DNA of 64,000 nt from assembly GCA_963667205.1 (NCBI GenBank), contig OY762959.1, positions 2,032,829 to 2,096,828 of the forward strand. Direction: 5' to 3'. A program made the position numbers and the translations under genes. The notes under the pieces were generated by a model, which ran no database searches, had not been told where the DNA came from, and saw nothing but the letters and a program-made list of their open reading frames with translations. Position 1 is the first letter of the stretch, and every line of letters begins with the position of its first letter. Source of the stretch: Dehalococcoidia bacterium. GTDB taxonomy: Bacteria; Chloroflexota; Dehalococcoidia; SM23-28-2; RBG-16-64-32. Shown here piece after piece: positions 1-7,919 of the stretch.

Positions 1-1
1 G

Positions 2-343
2 ATCATCGTCTTCGACCCGCTGACGGAGGATGACCTGACGCAGATCGTCGAACTGCTCCTGGCGGACGTGCGTGAGCGCCTGGCGGACCGCACGGTCGGC
101 CTGGAGCTGACGGAGGCGGCGAAGGCCGCGCTGGTCCGCGAGGGCTACGACCCGGTCTTCTGGGCGCGCCCGCTGCGCCGCACGATCGAGCGCCGCATCG
201 CCAACCCGCTATCGAAGCGCATCCTCGGCGGCGAGTTCAGCGAGGGTGACACCGCCGCTATCGACTACGCCGGCGATCCGGACGGCAAGGGCGAGTTCAC
301 GTTCGAGAAGCAGAAGACGAAAGAGCCGCTGCCGACGGCGTAA
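2..343 (+). CDS. Clp ATPase (ClpB/ClpC family) C-terminal fragment; the 5' end lies outside the window
   Basis: The frame is open from position 2. The translation IIVFDPLTEDDLTQIVELLLADV...FWARPLRRTIERRIANPLSKRILGGEF matches the conserved C-terminal small domain (D2-small) of ClpB/ClpC chaperones. The stop is TAA at 341-343. Confidence 0.8.
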   Translation: MIVFDPLTEDDLTQIVELLLADVRERLADRTVGLELTEAAKAALVREGYDPVFWARPLRRTIERRIANPLSKRILGGEFSEGDTAAIDYAGDPDGKGEFTFEKQKTKEPLPTA

Positions 344-366
344 CGGCGAGCGGCGCCGACAACGAA

Positions 367-403
367 GCGGGGGTCAGGCTCAAGCCTGACCCCCGTTCTT
401 TAT
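367..403. terminator. Bidirectional intrinsic terminator between the convergent clpB-like gene and the minus-strand hypothetical gene
   Basis: A perfect 11-12 bp GC-rich inverted repeat gggggtcaggc / gcctgaccccc with a 4-nt loop is followed by gttctttat. It lies 25 nt after the clpB stop and about 35 nt after the stop of the minus gene at 439. Confidence 0.7.
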
Positions 404-438
404 GCGTTGCGCCGCCGTTGGCGAGACGTTGCCGCGGC

Positions 439-867
439 TCAGGAAGCGGCTTCGGCGCCGTCGCGGCGGGTGGCCCGGCACAGGAGCTGCGGCGCGCTTT
501 CCTGCACGCGCTGCAGTGCCTCGCGGGCGTCCCCGAGACCCTGGCGCAGGGCGTCGGCGGTCTCGCGCTGCGACTGTGTGGCGTCTTCAACCAGTTCGCG
601 GGCGAGAGCGAGCGTTCGGGCCTGCGAGTTGCCGACGTCCTCGGTAGCCGCCTCGTAGACGCCGACGAAGTCGGTCGGGTTGTTGGCCCAGCGGCGGCCA
701 ACCTCGGCCCAGTCGAGGCTGCCCTGGCGGGCGCCTTCGATCAGGCTGTGGGTGAAGCGGTTGGTCCGGTCGTTGCTGCTCCGGACTACGTCGAACAGCG
801 TGGCCTGCCTCAGCTGGACGGCGTCGAAGATGCGATCGGTGGCCGATTCGCGAGCGCGGGTCGTCAT
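439..867 (-). CDS. Hypothetical coiled-coil (phasin-like) protein, 142 aa
   Basis: The ORF begins MTTRARESATDRIFDAVQLRQATLFDV. Its ATG at 865-867 has an AGGGAGG Shine-Dalgarno sequence 6 nt upstream. The Ala/Glu/Arg/Leu-rich helical composition is protein-like. The longer 323-aa ORF version has a junk-like N-terminus. Confidence 0.55.
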   Translation of the reverse strand: MTTRARESATDRIFDAVQLRQATLFDVVRSSNDRTNRFTHSLIEGARQGSLDWAEVGRRWANNPTDFVGVYEAATEDVGNSQARTLALARELVEDATQSQRETADALRQGLGDAREALQRVQESAPQLLCRATRRDGAEAAS

Positions 868-1116
868 CGCGGCCTCCCTATGGGTGCGATTTCTTATTGT
901 TCGCTTCGATTGAATCGCTCCGTCAGTGGTGTCAAGGCGCTCAGTGCCCCCTCTGTTGAAAGATGACATAATCCACCGCCAGGACGGCTTACCACTCGAC
1001 GGCGATGGCCGCTGGCTGGGGGAGCGGTCTCCTCGGCACGGGTCCGGCAGTCGATCCTCCGCCGCCGTTCGTGCAGAACGGCGGCCGCACCGCGGCTGCG
1101 ATAAGCTACCGCCCGT

Positions 1117-2433
1117 ATGACCTACGAAGAGGCGATCGACTACCTTCTGCTCTTCGCGGACTTCGAGCGTTCCGGGCGCTTTCTTGACAGGCCGGACGTG
1201 GCGCCGGTGCGCCGCCTCCTGAGCGCGCTCGGCGAGCCGCAGGACGAACGTCTGACGGCCCACGTGGCGGGGACGAAGGGCAAGGGCAGCGTGTCGGCGA
1301 TGCTCGACTCGATCGTGCGCGCGGCCGGTCTCTCGTGCGGGCTCTACACAAGCCCACACCTGCACGACTATACGGAGCGCGTACGGATCGACGGCGGGGT
1401 GATTTCGCAAGCGGGCTTCGCGGGTCTGACCGGCGTTGTCCGCGATGCCGTCGAGGGCCTCGACCTGAACGGCCGCGGGCTGGTCACGTTCGATCTCCTG
1501 ACCGCGATCGCTTTCCTGGCGTTCCGCGACGCTCGCCTCGACGCGCAGGTCATCGAGGTGGGGCTGGGCGGCCGCGTTGACAGCACCAACGTCTTCGACT
1601 CGAAGCAGTTGGCCGTGATCACGCCGCTCTCACTGGAGCACACGGCCGTCCTTGGCGAGTCGATCGAGGAGATCGCCGGCGAGAAGGCAGCGATCATCCG
1701 TCCAAGTACGGGGACGGCCGTGCTGGCGCCGCAGCACTACGAAGCGGCGGCCGATGTGGTGCGTGCCCGCGCCGCGGAGGCCGGCGTGCCGCTTGTCGAT
1801 GTCGCAGCGTCGTACAGATGGCAGGTCGTCGCGCACGACCTTCGGGGACAGGACCTGCGGATCGAGCGGCCCGCCGGCGGACTGAACGTGCGGCTGCCGC
1901 TCCTCGGCGCGCACCAGGCGGAGAACGCTGCGACAGCCGTCGCCGCCGCCGCCGCGCTCGGAGATTCCGCGAAGGTCAGCGACGAGGCGCTCCAGCAAGG
2001 GCTGGCCGGCGTCGCCTGGCCCGGGCGGCTGGAGGTGCTGAGGGAGTCCCCGCTTGTGGTTGCCGACGGTGCCCACAATCGCGACTCGGCGCGTCGTTTG
2101 GCCGAGGCGCTGCGCGACTATCTCGGCGCGGAGAGGGTCACGCTGGTCGTCGGCGCCTCATCCGGGAAGGACATGAGAGGCTTGGCGGAGGAGCTTGCGC
2201 CGCTGGCGACGCTCGTCTTCGCGGCGCGCTCGGCGCATCCGCGGGCGCTGGACCCGTCGGAGATAGCCGCGCCGTTCGAGGAGCAGGGCGTGCGTGCGGA
2301 GCAGGTTGACGGCGTTGCGGCTGCGCTTGAGGCGGCGATGGCGGCTAGCGGAAGCGACGCGGTAATATTACTGACAGGATCGCTGTTCGTTGCGGCTGAA
2401 GGCAGGGCGCACCTTGGTAAGACGGCGGTCTAG
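1117..2433 (+). CDS. folC: Bifunctional folylpolyglutamate synthase / dihydrofolate synthase (Mur ligase family)
   Basis: Carries the HVAGTKGKGS P-loop, TSPHL, EVGLGGRVDSTNV and ITPLSLEH motifs typical of FolC. Full length of 438 aa. Confidence 0.88.
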   Translation: MTYEEAIDYLLLFADFERSGRFLDRPDVAPVRRLLSALGEPQDERLTAHVAGTKGKGSVSAMLDSIVRAAGLSCGLYTSPHLHDYTERVRIDGGVISQAGFAGLTGVVRDAVEGLDLNGRGLVTFDLLTAIAFLAFRDARLDAQVIEVGLGGRVDSTNVFDSKQLAVITPLSLEHTAVLGESIEEIAGEKAAIIRPSTGTAVLAPQHYEAAADVVRARAAEAGVPLVDVAASYRWQVVAHDLRGQDLRIERPAGGLNVRLPLLGAHQAENAATAVAAAAALGDSAKVSDEALQQGLAGVAWPGRLEVLRESPLVVADGAHNRDSARRLAEALRDYLGAERVTLVVGASSGKDMRGLAEELAPLATLVFAARSAHPRALDPSEIAAPFEEQGVRAEQVDGVAAALEAAMAASGSDAVILLTGSLFVAAEGRAHLGKTAV

Positions 2434-2448
2434 CAAGCGGAGGTATAG

Positions 2449-3702
2449 ATGCCAGGCAGAAACGGGACCCGGGTCGTAGTCACTGGAATGGGTGTGATTA
2501 CGCCTATAGGTAGCTCCGTGCAGGAGTTCTGGGAAAGCGCCGTGGTCGGAAAGTCCGGCATCGATATCCTGCAGGCGTTCGACCACGCGCCCTACCCGGT
2601 GCACATCGCCGGCGAGGTTTCGGACTTCGATCCGGAGGAGTACATGGACCGCCGCGTGGCGCGCCGCATGGGACGCTTCAGTCAGTTCGCCATCGCCAGC
2701 ACGGCCCAGGCGCTGAAACACGCCGACCTGGATCTCGACGACACCAACCGCGATCGCGTTGGCGTGCTGATGGGCAACGGCATCGGCGGCCTGGAGCAGT
2801 CGGAGGAGGGCGTGCGCACGGTGGACTCGCGCGGGGGCATGCGTGTGGACCCGTTCTACTTCCCCAAGATGCTGCCGAACATGGCAGCGGCTCACGTGGC
2901 GCTCAAGTTCGGGGCGCGCGGCTACAACAACACCGTGATCACGGCCTGCGCCGCGGGCACACAGGCGATCGGCGACGCGATGGACCTCGTGCGTTCGGGG
3001 CGCGTCGACGTTTGCATTACCGGCGGCAGCGAGGCCTCCCTCTGCGAAGTTGGCCTCTGCGGCTTCGCGGTCATACGCGCGCTTTCGCATCACAACGAAG
3101 AGCCCCAGAAGGCGAGCCGCCCGTTCGACGCCGAACGCGACGGCTTCGTCGCTGCCGAGGGCGCCGGCGTGATGATCCTGGAGAGCGAAGAGCACGCGAA
3201 GTCTCGCAGCGCGCCCGCCCTGGCGGAGGTCGCGGGCTACGGCGCCTGCAGCGACGCCTTCCACGTCGTGGCGCCCTCTGAGGACGGAGACGGCGCGATG
3301 AGGGCGATGCGCGAGGCGCTGGAAGACGCCCACGTTGCGACGACGGACGTCGACTACATCAACGCGCACGGCACTTCGACGCAGCTCAACGATAAGTCGG
3401 AGACGCTGGCGATCAAGAAGCTCTTCGGTGAGGACGCCTACCGCGTGCCGATCAGCGCCACGAAGTCGATGGTCGGCCACTCCTTCGGCGCCGCCGGCGC
3501 CGTCGAGTCGGTCGCCGCGGTGCAGACGATCGTCAACGGGGTCATCCACCCGACGATCAACCTGGAGCACCCGGACCCGGAGTGCGACCTGGACTACGTG
3601 CCCGAGGGTGCGCGCGAGGCTGACGTCGACGTCGTGCTCAAGAACAGCTTCGGCTTCGGCGGCCAGAACGCCTGCCTCGTCTTCAAGCGGTACGAGGAGT
3701 GA
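2449..3702 (+). CDS. fabF: 3-oxoacyl-[acyl-carrier-protein] synthase II (KAS II)
   Basis: Starts VVVTGMGVITPIG and carries the active-site region ITACAAG. It shows the HGTSTQLND and GHSFGAAG motifs and the C-terminal NSFGFGGQNACLVF of beta-ketoacyl-ACP synthases. Confidence 0.9.
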   Translation: MPGRNGTRVVVTGMGVITPIGSSVQEFWESAVVGKSGIDILQAFDHAPYPVHIAGEVSDFDPEEYMDRRVARRMGRFSQFAIASTAQALKHADLDLDDTNRDRVGVLMGNGIGGLEQSEEGVRTVDSRGGMRVDPFYFPKMLPNMAAAHVALKFGARGYNNTVITACAAGTQAIGDAMDLVRSGRVDVCITGGSEASLCEVGLCGFAVIRALSHHNEEPQKASRPFDAERDGFVAAEGAGVMILESEEHAKSRSAPALAEVAGYGACSDAFHVVAPSEDGDGAMRAMREALEDAHVATTDVDYINAHGTSTQLNDKSETLAIKKLFGEDAYRVPISATKSMVGHSFGAAGAVESVAAVQTIVNGVIHPTINLEHPDPECDLDYVPEGAREADVDVVLKNSFGFGGQNACLVFKRYEE

Positions 3703-3715
3703 CCGCCCGCCGGCG

Positions 3716-4693
3716 ATGCGTGTTCTCGTAGTCGGCGGCGCAGGCTACATCGGCTCCGTCACCGTCGACCAGCTGGTCGCTGCCGGCCACGACGTTACGG
3801 TCATCGACAGCCTCGTCGCCGGGCACGCTTCGGCACTCAACCCCGAGTGCGAGTTCACACAGGGAGACGTCCGCGACGAGACCGTGCTGGGACGGCTCTT
3901 CGCCGCGCACACGTTCGACGCGGTGATCAACTACGGTGGCTACATCCAGGCCGGCGAGTCGGTCCAGCAGCCGGGCCGCTACTTCGCGAACAACGTCTCC
4001 GGCGCCATCGCCCTGCTCAACGCGATGGTGACGTACGACGTCCAGCGCCTTGTCTTCAGCTCCAGCGCTGCGGTGTACGGCGAACCGGAGTCTGTGCCGA
4101 TTGCCGAGGACGCGCCGCTGCGGCCCGTGAACCCCTACGGCGAATCGAAGCTGATGGTGGAGCGCATGCTGCCGTGGTACGAGGCACGCTTCGGCGTGCG
4201 CTCCGTTTCGCTGCGCTACTTCAACGCCGCTGGCGCCAGTGAGGAGCGCGGCGAAGACCACCGCCCGGAGACGCACCTGATCCCGAACGTGCTGCAGGTG
4301 CCGCTTGGCAAGCGCGAATCGCTCGACCTCAACGGCACCGACTATCCGACCCGCGACGGCACCTGCGTCCGTGACTATATCCACGTCTCGGACCTGGCTG
4401 CCGCGCACCTGCTGGCGCTCGACTACTCGGAGAAGAAGAGCGGCGTCCTCAACCTGGCCAACGGTGTCGGTTTTACGAACCGCGAGGTGATCGAGTCGGC
4501 GCGACGGGTCACTGACCATCCGATTCCCGTAACCGAAGGGCCGCGTCGCCCCGGCGATCCGGCTGAGCTGGTCGCCTCCAACGAGCGGGCGCGTGCCGAG
4601 CTGGGCTGGGCGATCGAGTTCGACGAGCTGGACGCGATCGTCGGTTCCGCCTGGCGCTGGCACCAATCGCACCCCGAAGGCTACACGGACTAG
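3716..4693 (+). CDS. galE: UDP-glucose 4-epimerase
   Basis: Begins MRVLVVGGAGYIGS (Rossmann fold) and has the YGESK catalytic motif and RYFNAAGA. The internal ATG at 3716 lies 13 nt after the fabF stop. The 5' part of the long ORF 3335-4693 merely overlaps fabF in another frame. Confidence 0.88.
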   Translation: MRVLVVGGAGYIGSVTVDQLVAAGHDVTVIDSLVAGHASALNPECEFTQGDVRDETVLGRLFAAHTFDAVINYGGYIQAGESVQQPGRYFANNVSGAIALLNAMVTYDVQRLVFSSSAAVYGEPESVPIAEDAPLRPVNPYGESKLMVERMLPWYEARFGVRSVSLRYFNAAGASEERGEDHRPETHLIPNVLQVPLGKRESLDLNGTDYPTRDGTCVRDYIHVSDLAAAHLLALDYSEKKSGVLNLANGVGFTNREVIESARRVTDHPIPVTEGPRRPGDPAELVASNERARAELGWAIEFDELDAIVGSAWRWHQSHPEGYTD

Positions 4694-4699
4694 ACGGCC

Positions 4700-5872
4700 T
4701 TACGCGGGCACGACGACGGGCAGATCGCCGCCGATCTCCGGACAGCCGGGCGCTGTATTCACGGTGAGCCCGGCGTCGCCGCGCAGCACTTTGAGCGCGT
4801 CGACGGGGTTGATCCCGCCGCCGCAATCGACGTCGCCCCAGGCGAAGATCACGGAAGCCGTCGCTAGATCATGGCCCACGGCCGGGCATCCGGCCGGCTG
4901 GCCAACGCTGAGGTTGGAGTCGAAGCGCAGTAGCGTGAGACTGTCGACCGGATCGGCGCTGCCGCTGCAGTTGACGTCGCCCCAGACGACCGTCAGCACC
5001 AGCGGTGATGGTGAAGGCGATGGCGCCGCCGTCGGAGTAGGCGTGGCTGGAGGTGGCGAGGCAGACGGCGTTAGCGATGGTGGGGCCGTCTGAGTCGCCG
5101 CGGGCGTGGTCGTTGTGAGGTCGCAGCCGGAGAAGAAGCCGAACGCCGGAGCGGGATAGGCGTGGTTCACGCCGCAGGCGTCCCACGGCCGAACCGCAGA
5201 CTCACCCGCGCCGCCGACTGAGACCGGGTCGATGCAGTCGTAGGCCATGACGGAGTGCGGTATTGGTCCCGTGTCGTCCAGCCCGCAGTCGAAGAGCAGC
5301 GTTTCGGACGGGTTAGTGCTTTCGTGCGCCAGCTGGATGATGTGGCCGAGCTCGTGCGATAGGGTGGCGAGCCGGTCGCTGTCGGCGCCGTAGTCGCCGC
5401 TGTGGATGTCGTCGCCGATGTAGACGATGCCGGAGTAGACGCTGCACGAGCCGAAGCAGGGGTCGCCGTTGATGTCGAAGGTCGGGGCAACGCCCAGCAG
5501 CCCCGGGTCGCCCGGCACCTCGTCGTAGACGTAGACGTCGACGTCGAAATCCTCGTCCTGCACTCCGTCGCTGTAGCCGAAGCGAACGGTAGTCGGCTGG
5601 CCGTTCCAGTCGGCCAGCGAGTCGCCAAACGGCTCGTCCCACTTCGCGGCGCAGGTCGCCTCGCTCCCGTCGCAGAACAGCCAGACGTCGCTCGTGCTCA
5701 GGGTCATCCAGGCGTCGAAGTCGCCGTTGGGCTGGTGGTGCCAGCGCTCGGGGAAGAGCTTCTTCTGCTGGTGTCCCGTGTGCGACTGGGCCGTGTCCGC
5801 CAGCGCCGCGAGCCCGATCGCGACCAAAGCTGCGATCAAGAGCGCCCCGGCGACGCGCATCCGGGCGCTCAT
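4700..5872 (-). CDS. Secreted zinc metalloprotease (metzincin-like HELGHxxxLxHE region) with a Pro/Thr linker and two C-terminal dockerin-like repeats
   Basis: The N-terminal signal peptide is MSARMRVAGALLIAALVAIGLAALA. HELGHIIQLAHE is the zinc-binding motif. The linker TTTPAATQTAPPSLTPSASPPPATPTPTAAPSPSPSP is followed by two repeats, WGDVNCSGSADPVDSLTLLR...GCPAVG and WGDVDCGGGINPVDALKVLR...GCPEIG. Both have the D-x-N-x-S/G-G-x-x-D/N-x-x-D calcium-loop spacing of dockerins. Confidence 0.8.
   Translation of the reverse strand: MSARMRVAGALLIAALVAIGLAALADTAQSHTGHQQKKLFPERWHHQPNGDFDAWMTLSTSDVWLFCDGSEATCAAKWDEPFGDSLADWNGQPTTVRFGYSDGVQDEDFDVDVYVYDEVPGDPGLLGVAPTFDINGDPCFGSCSVYSGIVYIGDDIHSGDYGADSDRLATLSHELGHIIQLAHESTNPSETLLFDCGLDDTGPIPHSVMAYDCIDPVSVGGAGESAVRPWDACGVNHAYPAPAFGFFSGCDLTTTTPAATQTAPPSLTPSASPPPATPTPTAAPSPSPSPLVLTVVWGDVNCSGSADPVDSLTLLRFDSNLSVGQPAGCPAVGHDLATASVIFAWGDVDCGGGINPVDALKVLRGDAGLTVNTAPGCPEIGGDLPVVVPA
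5030..5155. repeat. Low-complexity Pro/Thr/Ser-linker coding repeat (GC-rich triplet repeats) inside the metalloprotease gene
   Basis: Runs of ggcg/gtgg triplets encode PTPTAAPSPSPSP. The same type of linker recurs at 41155-41340 and 49865-49910. Confidence 0.6.
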
Positions 5873-6561
5873 CGGCCCGCCAGCTTCTCGATCGCCACCG
5901 CCGGCGTGGTGCCGGCCAGCGCGCGGGAGGCGCCGGTCGCTTCCCAGCCGGCCGGTGCTCTGACGACGCCGTCTTCGATCGGAAAGCGGGAGAAGGCTGA
6001 GGCGCTGTACGTCTCGGGCCCGTCCTGGCGGGCGACGAAGACGTAACGGTCGCCAACGGACATCGCGGTGTCGCGGGCCAGGAGAACGCGCATGCGGCCG
6101 TCGCTCGTCAGACCGCCGAACTGCTCGACTTTGATGACGGAGCCGACGGCGGGCTCGCCAGCCGAGGCCTCGACGCGCACAAGGAAGACGGAGATGGGCA
6201 GCGGCGCCTCACGGCCACTGCCCATTAGCACCTCGCGGTCCTCGCCCGTTCCGATCACCTCACCGGCGAACGTCGCGTCCATCGACGCGCCGAGCGTCTC
6301 GGCGTCGTTCGCCATCGCCGTGGCGTAGCGGGCGGCGATACGCGCCAGCGGCAGGCCGTCGGCGTCGCGCTCCGTGCCGTCCGCCCCGCCGGCTGAGCTG
6401 CAGCCGGCGAGCAGGAGGGCCGCCAGTGCGACGGCGATGAGCAAGGCGAACGGCGCGCGAACGTGGTCGGCCACGCACCCAGTATAGGCGCGCCGTGAGC
6501 GTCTGGACGTCACGGCGGCGGCGGGGCCGCGAGGCTGATCCCGACCCTTGACGGCCGACAC
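5869..6561 (-). CDS. Hypothetical lipoprotein, translationally coupled to the downstream metalloprotease
   Basis: Has the lipobox LLLAGCSS after a hydrophobic stretch. Its stop overlaps the protease start (ATGA-type overlap at 5869-5872). The annotated first codon is GTG. An alternative GTG start at 6474 would give a more typical signal peptide length. Confidence 0.6.
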   Translation of the reverse strand: MSAVKGRDQPRGPAAAVTSRRSRRAYTGCVADHVRAPFALLIAVALAALLLAGCSSAGGADGTERDADGLPLARIAARYATAMANDAETLGASMDATFAGEVIGTGEDREVLMGSGREAPLPISVFLVRVEASAGEPAVGSVIKVEQFGGLTSDGRMRVLLARDTAMSVGDRYVFVARQDGPETYSASAFSRFPIEDGVVRAPAGWEATGASRALAGTTPAVAIEKLAGR

Positions 6562-6577
6562 CTGATATCCTCACGCC

Positions 6578-7822
6578 ATGAAGGCCGAACTGATATCCGT
6601 CGGCACGGAGCTCCTGCTCGGTGAGATCACGGATACAAACGCATCGTGGATCGCCTCGAGGCTGCCTCGCACCGGCCTCGACATCTACCATAAGTCGGTC
6701 GTCGGCGATAACCTTGAGCGCCTCGTGGAGACGCTCGAACGGGCGCTCTCACGCTCGGATGTCGTGATCATGACGGGCGGACTGGGTCCGACCGAAGACG
6801 ACCTGACCCGCGAGGCGATCGCGGAGGCGCTGGGCGAGGAGATGTTCGTCGATACGGACAGGGAGCGCGCTCTGCGTGCCTTCTTCGCCGCGCGCGGCGT
6901 CGCCTTCGCGGAGTCCAATGTCAAGCAGGCGATGCTGATACCCTCGGCCAGCGCGCTGCACAACCCGCGGGGCACTGCGCCCGGCTGGTTCGTCGAGAAG
7001 AACCGCGCGGAGGGCGACCGCTACATCATCGCCATGCCGGGCGTGCCCGCCGAGATGTACCGCATGTGGGAGAACGAGGTGGCGCCGCGCTTGCGCGAGA
7101 TGACGAGCGACCTCTTGATCACGCGCGTCCTCAAGACCGCGGCCGTCTCCGAGGCGAAGATCGACGAGATGCTTTCGCCGCTGCTCAAGTCGACCAATCC
7201 CAGCGTCGGCATCTACGCCAAGATCGACGGCGTTCACGCTCGTATCGGCGCCAAGGCGGCGAATGAGGATGAGGCGTACGCCCTCATCGCGCCAGTCGAA
7301 GAGGAAGCGCGTCGCATCCTTGGTCCGGCCGTCTGGGGCGCCGACGAGGAGACGCTGGAGGCGGCGATCGGCAAGATGCTGCGCGAGGGCGGCCAGACGC
7401 TGGCGACGATGGAGTCGTGCACGGGCGGCCTGCTCTCGTCGGCGATCACTGACGTCGACGGCTCTTCCGACTACTTCAAGGGCGGGTACGTGGCCTACAC
7501 GGCGGAGCTCAAGGTGGCGCTCGGTGTGGACCCGGCGATCATCGAGGAGCACGGTGTGATCAGCAGCGAGACGGCCGGCGAGATGGCCCGCGCCGTGCGC
7601 GAGGTGCTTGGGTCTGACTTCGGCGTCGGCGTCACGGGCATCGTTGGGCCGGATGCGGTCGAAGAGAAGCCGCCGGGTACGATCCACGCCGCGGTCCACG
7701 ACGGCACGCGGGCGGAGGCGATCACGTACACGTACAACCAGGGGCGTGTCGTCAACAAGCGCCGCGCAGTGAACACGTCGCTCTTCCTCCTGCGCCGCAC
7801 GCTGCTCGCTGCCGGCGCCTGA
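6578..7822 (+). CDS. cinA: CinA-family competence/damage-inducible protein (MoCF-binding domain plus NMN deamidase PncC-like domain)
   Basis: Begins MKAELISVGTELLLGEITDTNASWIA. Shows MTGGLGPTEDDLT and, in the C-terminal domain, ESCTGGLLSSAITDVDGSSDYFKGGYVAY and GVGVTGIVGP. Confidence 0.88.
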   Translation: MKAELISVGTELLLGEITDTNASWIASRLPRTGLDIYHKSVVGDNLERLVETLERALSRSDVVIMTGGLGPTEDDLTREAIAEALGEEMFVDTDRERALRAFFAARGVAFAESNVKQAMLIPSASALHNPRGTAPGWFVEKNRAEGDRYIIAMPGVPAEMYRMWENEVAPRLREMTSDLLITRVLKTAAVSEAKIDEMLSPLLKSTNPSVGIYAKIDGVHARIGAKAANEDEAYALIAPVEEEARRILGPAVWGADEETLEAAIGKMLREGGQTLATMESCTGGLLSSAITDVDGSSDYFKGGYVAYTAELKVALGVDPAIIEEHGVISSETAGEMARAVREVLGSDFGVGVTGIVGPDAVEEKPPGTIHAAVHDGTRAEAITYTYNQGRVVNKRRAVNTSLFLLRRTLLAAGA

Positions 7823-7919
7823 CATTTCGCTCGCGAGGCTACGATGGCATCCTCGACCTGCACATCGAGGCGTCGAGGCACTCCCGGCTGAGTACGTCGG
7901 ACCGTGGGCGCGGTAGGCG

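Noticed and set aside
2368-3570. Long antisense ORFs opposite real genes. They include 2368-3570 minus, 8937-10547 plus, 5313-6056 minus, 15177-15971 plus, 24885-25781 plus, 27386-28573 plus, 59628-61385 plus, 44434-45024 minus and many more.
   Set aside because: They are typical shadow ORFs of a GC-rich genome. Their translations are Arg/Ala/Gly/Pro-rich with no recognisable motifs, and each lies fully inside a well-supported gene on the other strand.
3335-3715. N-terminal 127 codons of ORF 3335-4693, upstream of galE.
   Set aside because: The translation is Ser/Thr/Arg-rich junk that overlaps fabF in another frame. GalE homology starts exactly at the internal ATG at 3716 (MRVLVVGGAGYIGS).
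7823-7919. Inverted repeat cctcgac…gtcgagg between convergent cinA and the VWA gene, as a possible terminator.
   Set aside because: The stem is only 7 bp with a long loop and no flanking T-tract on either strand, which is too weak to call.
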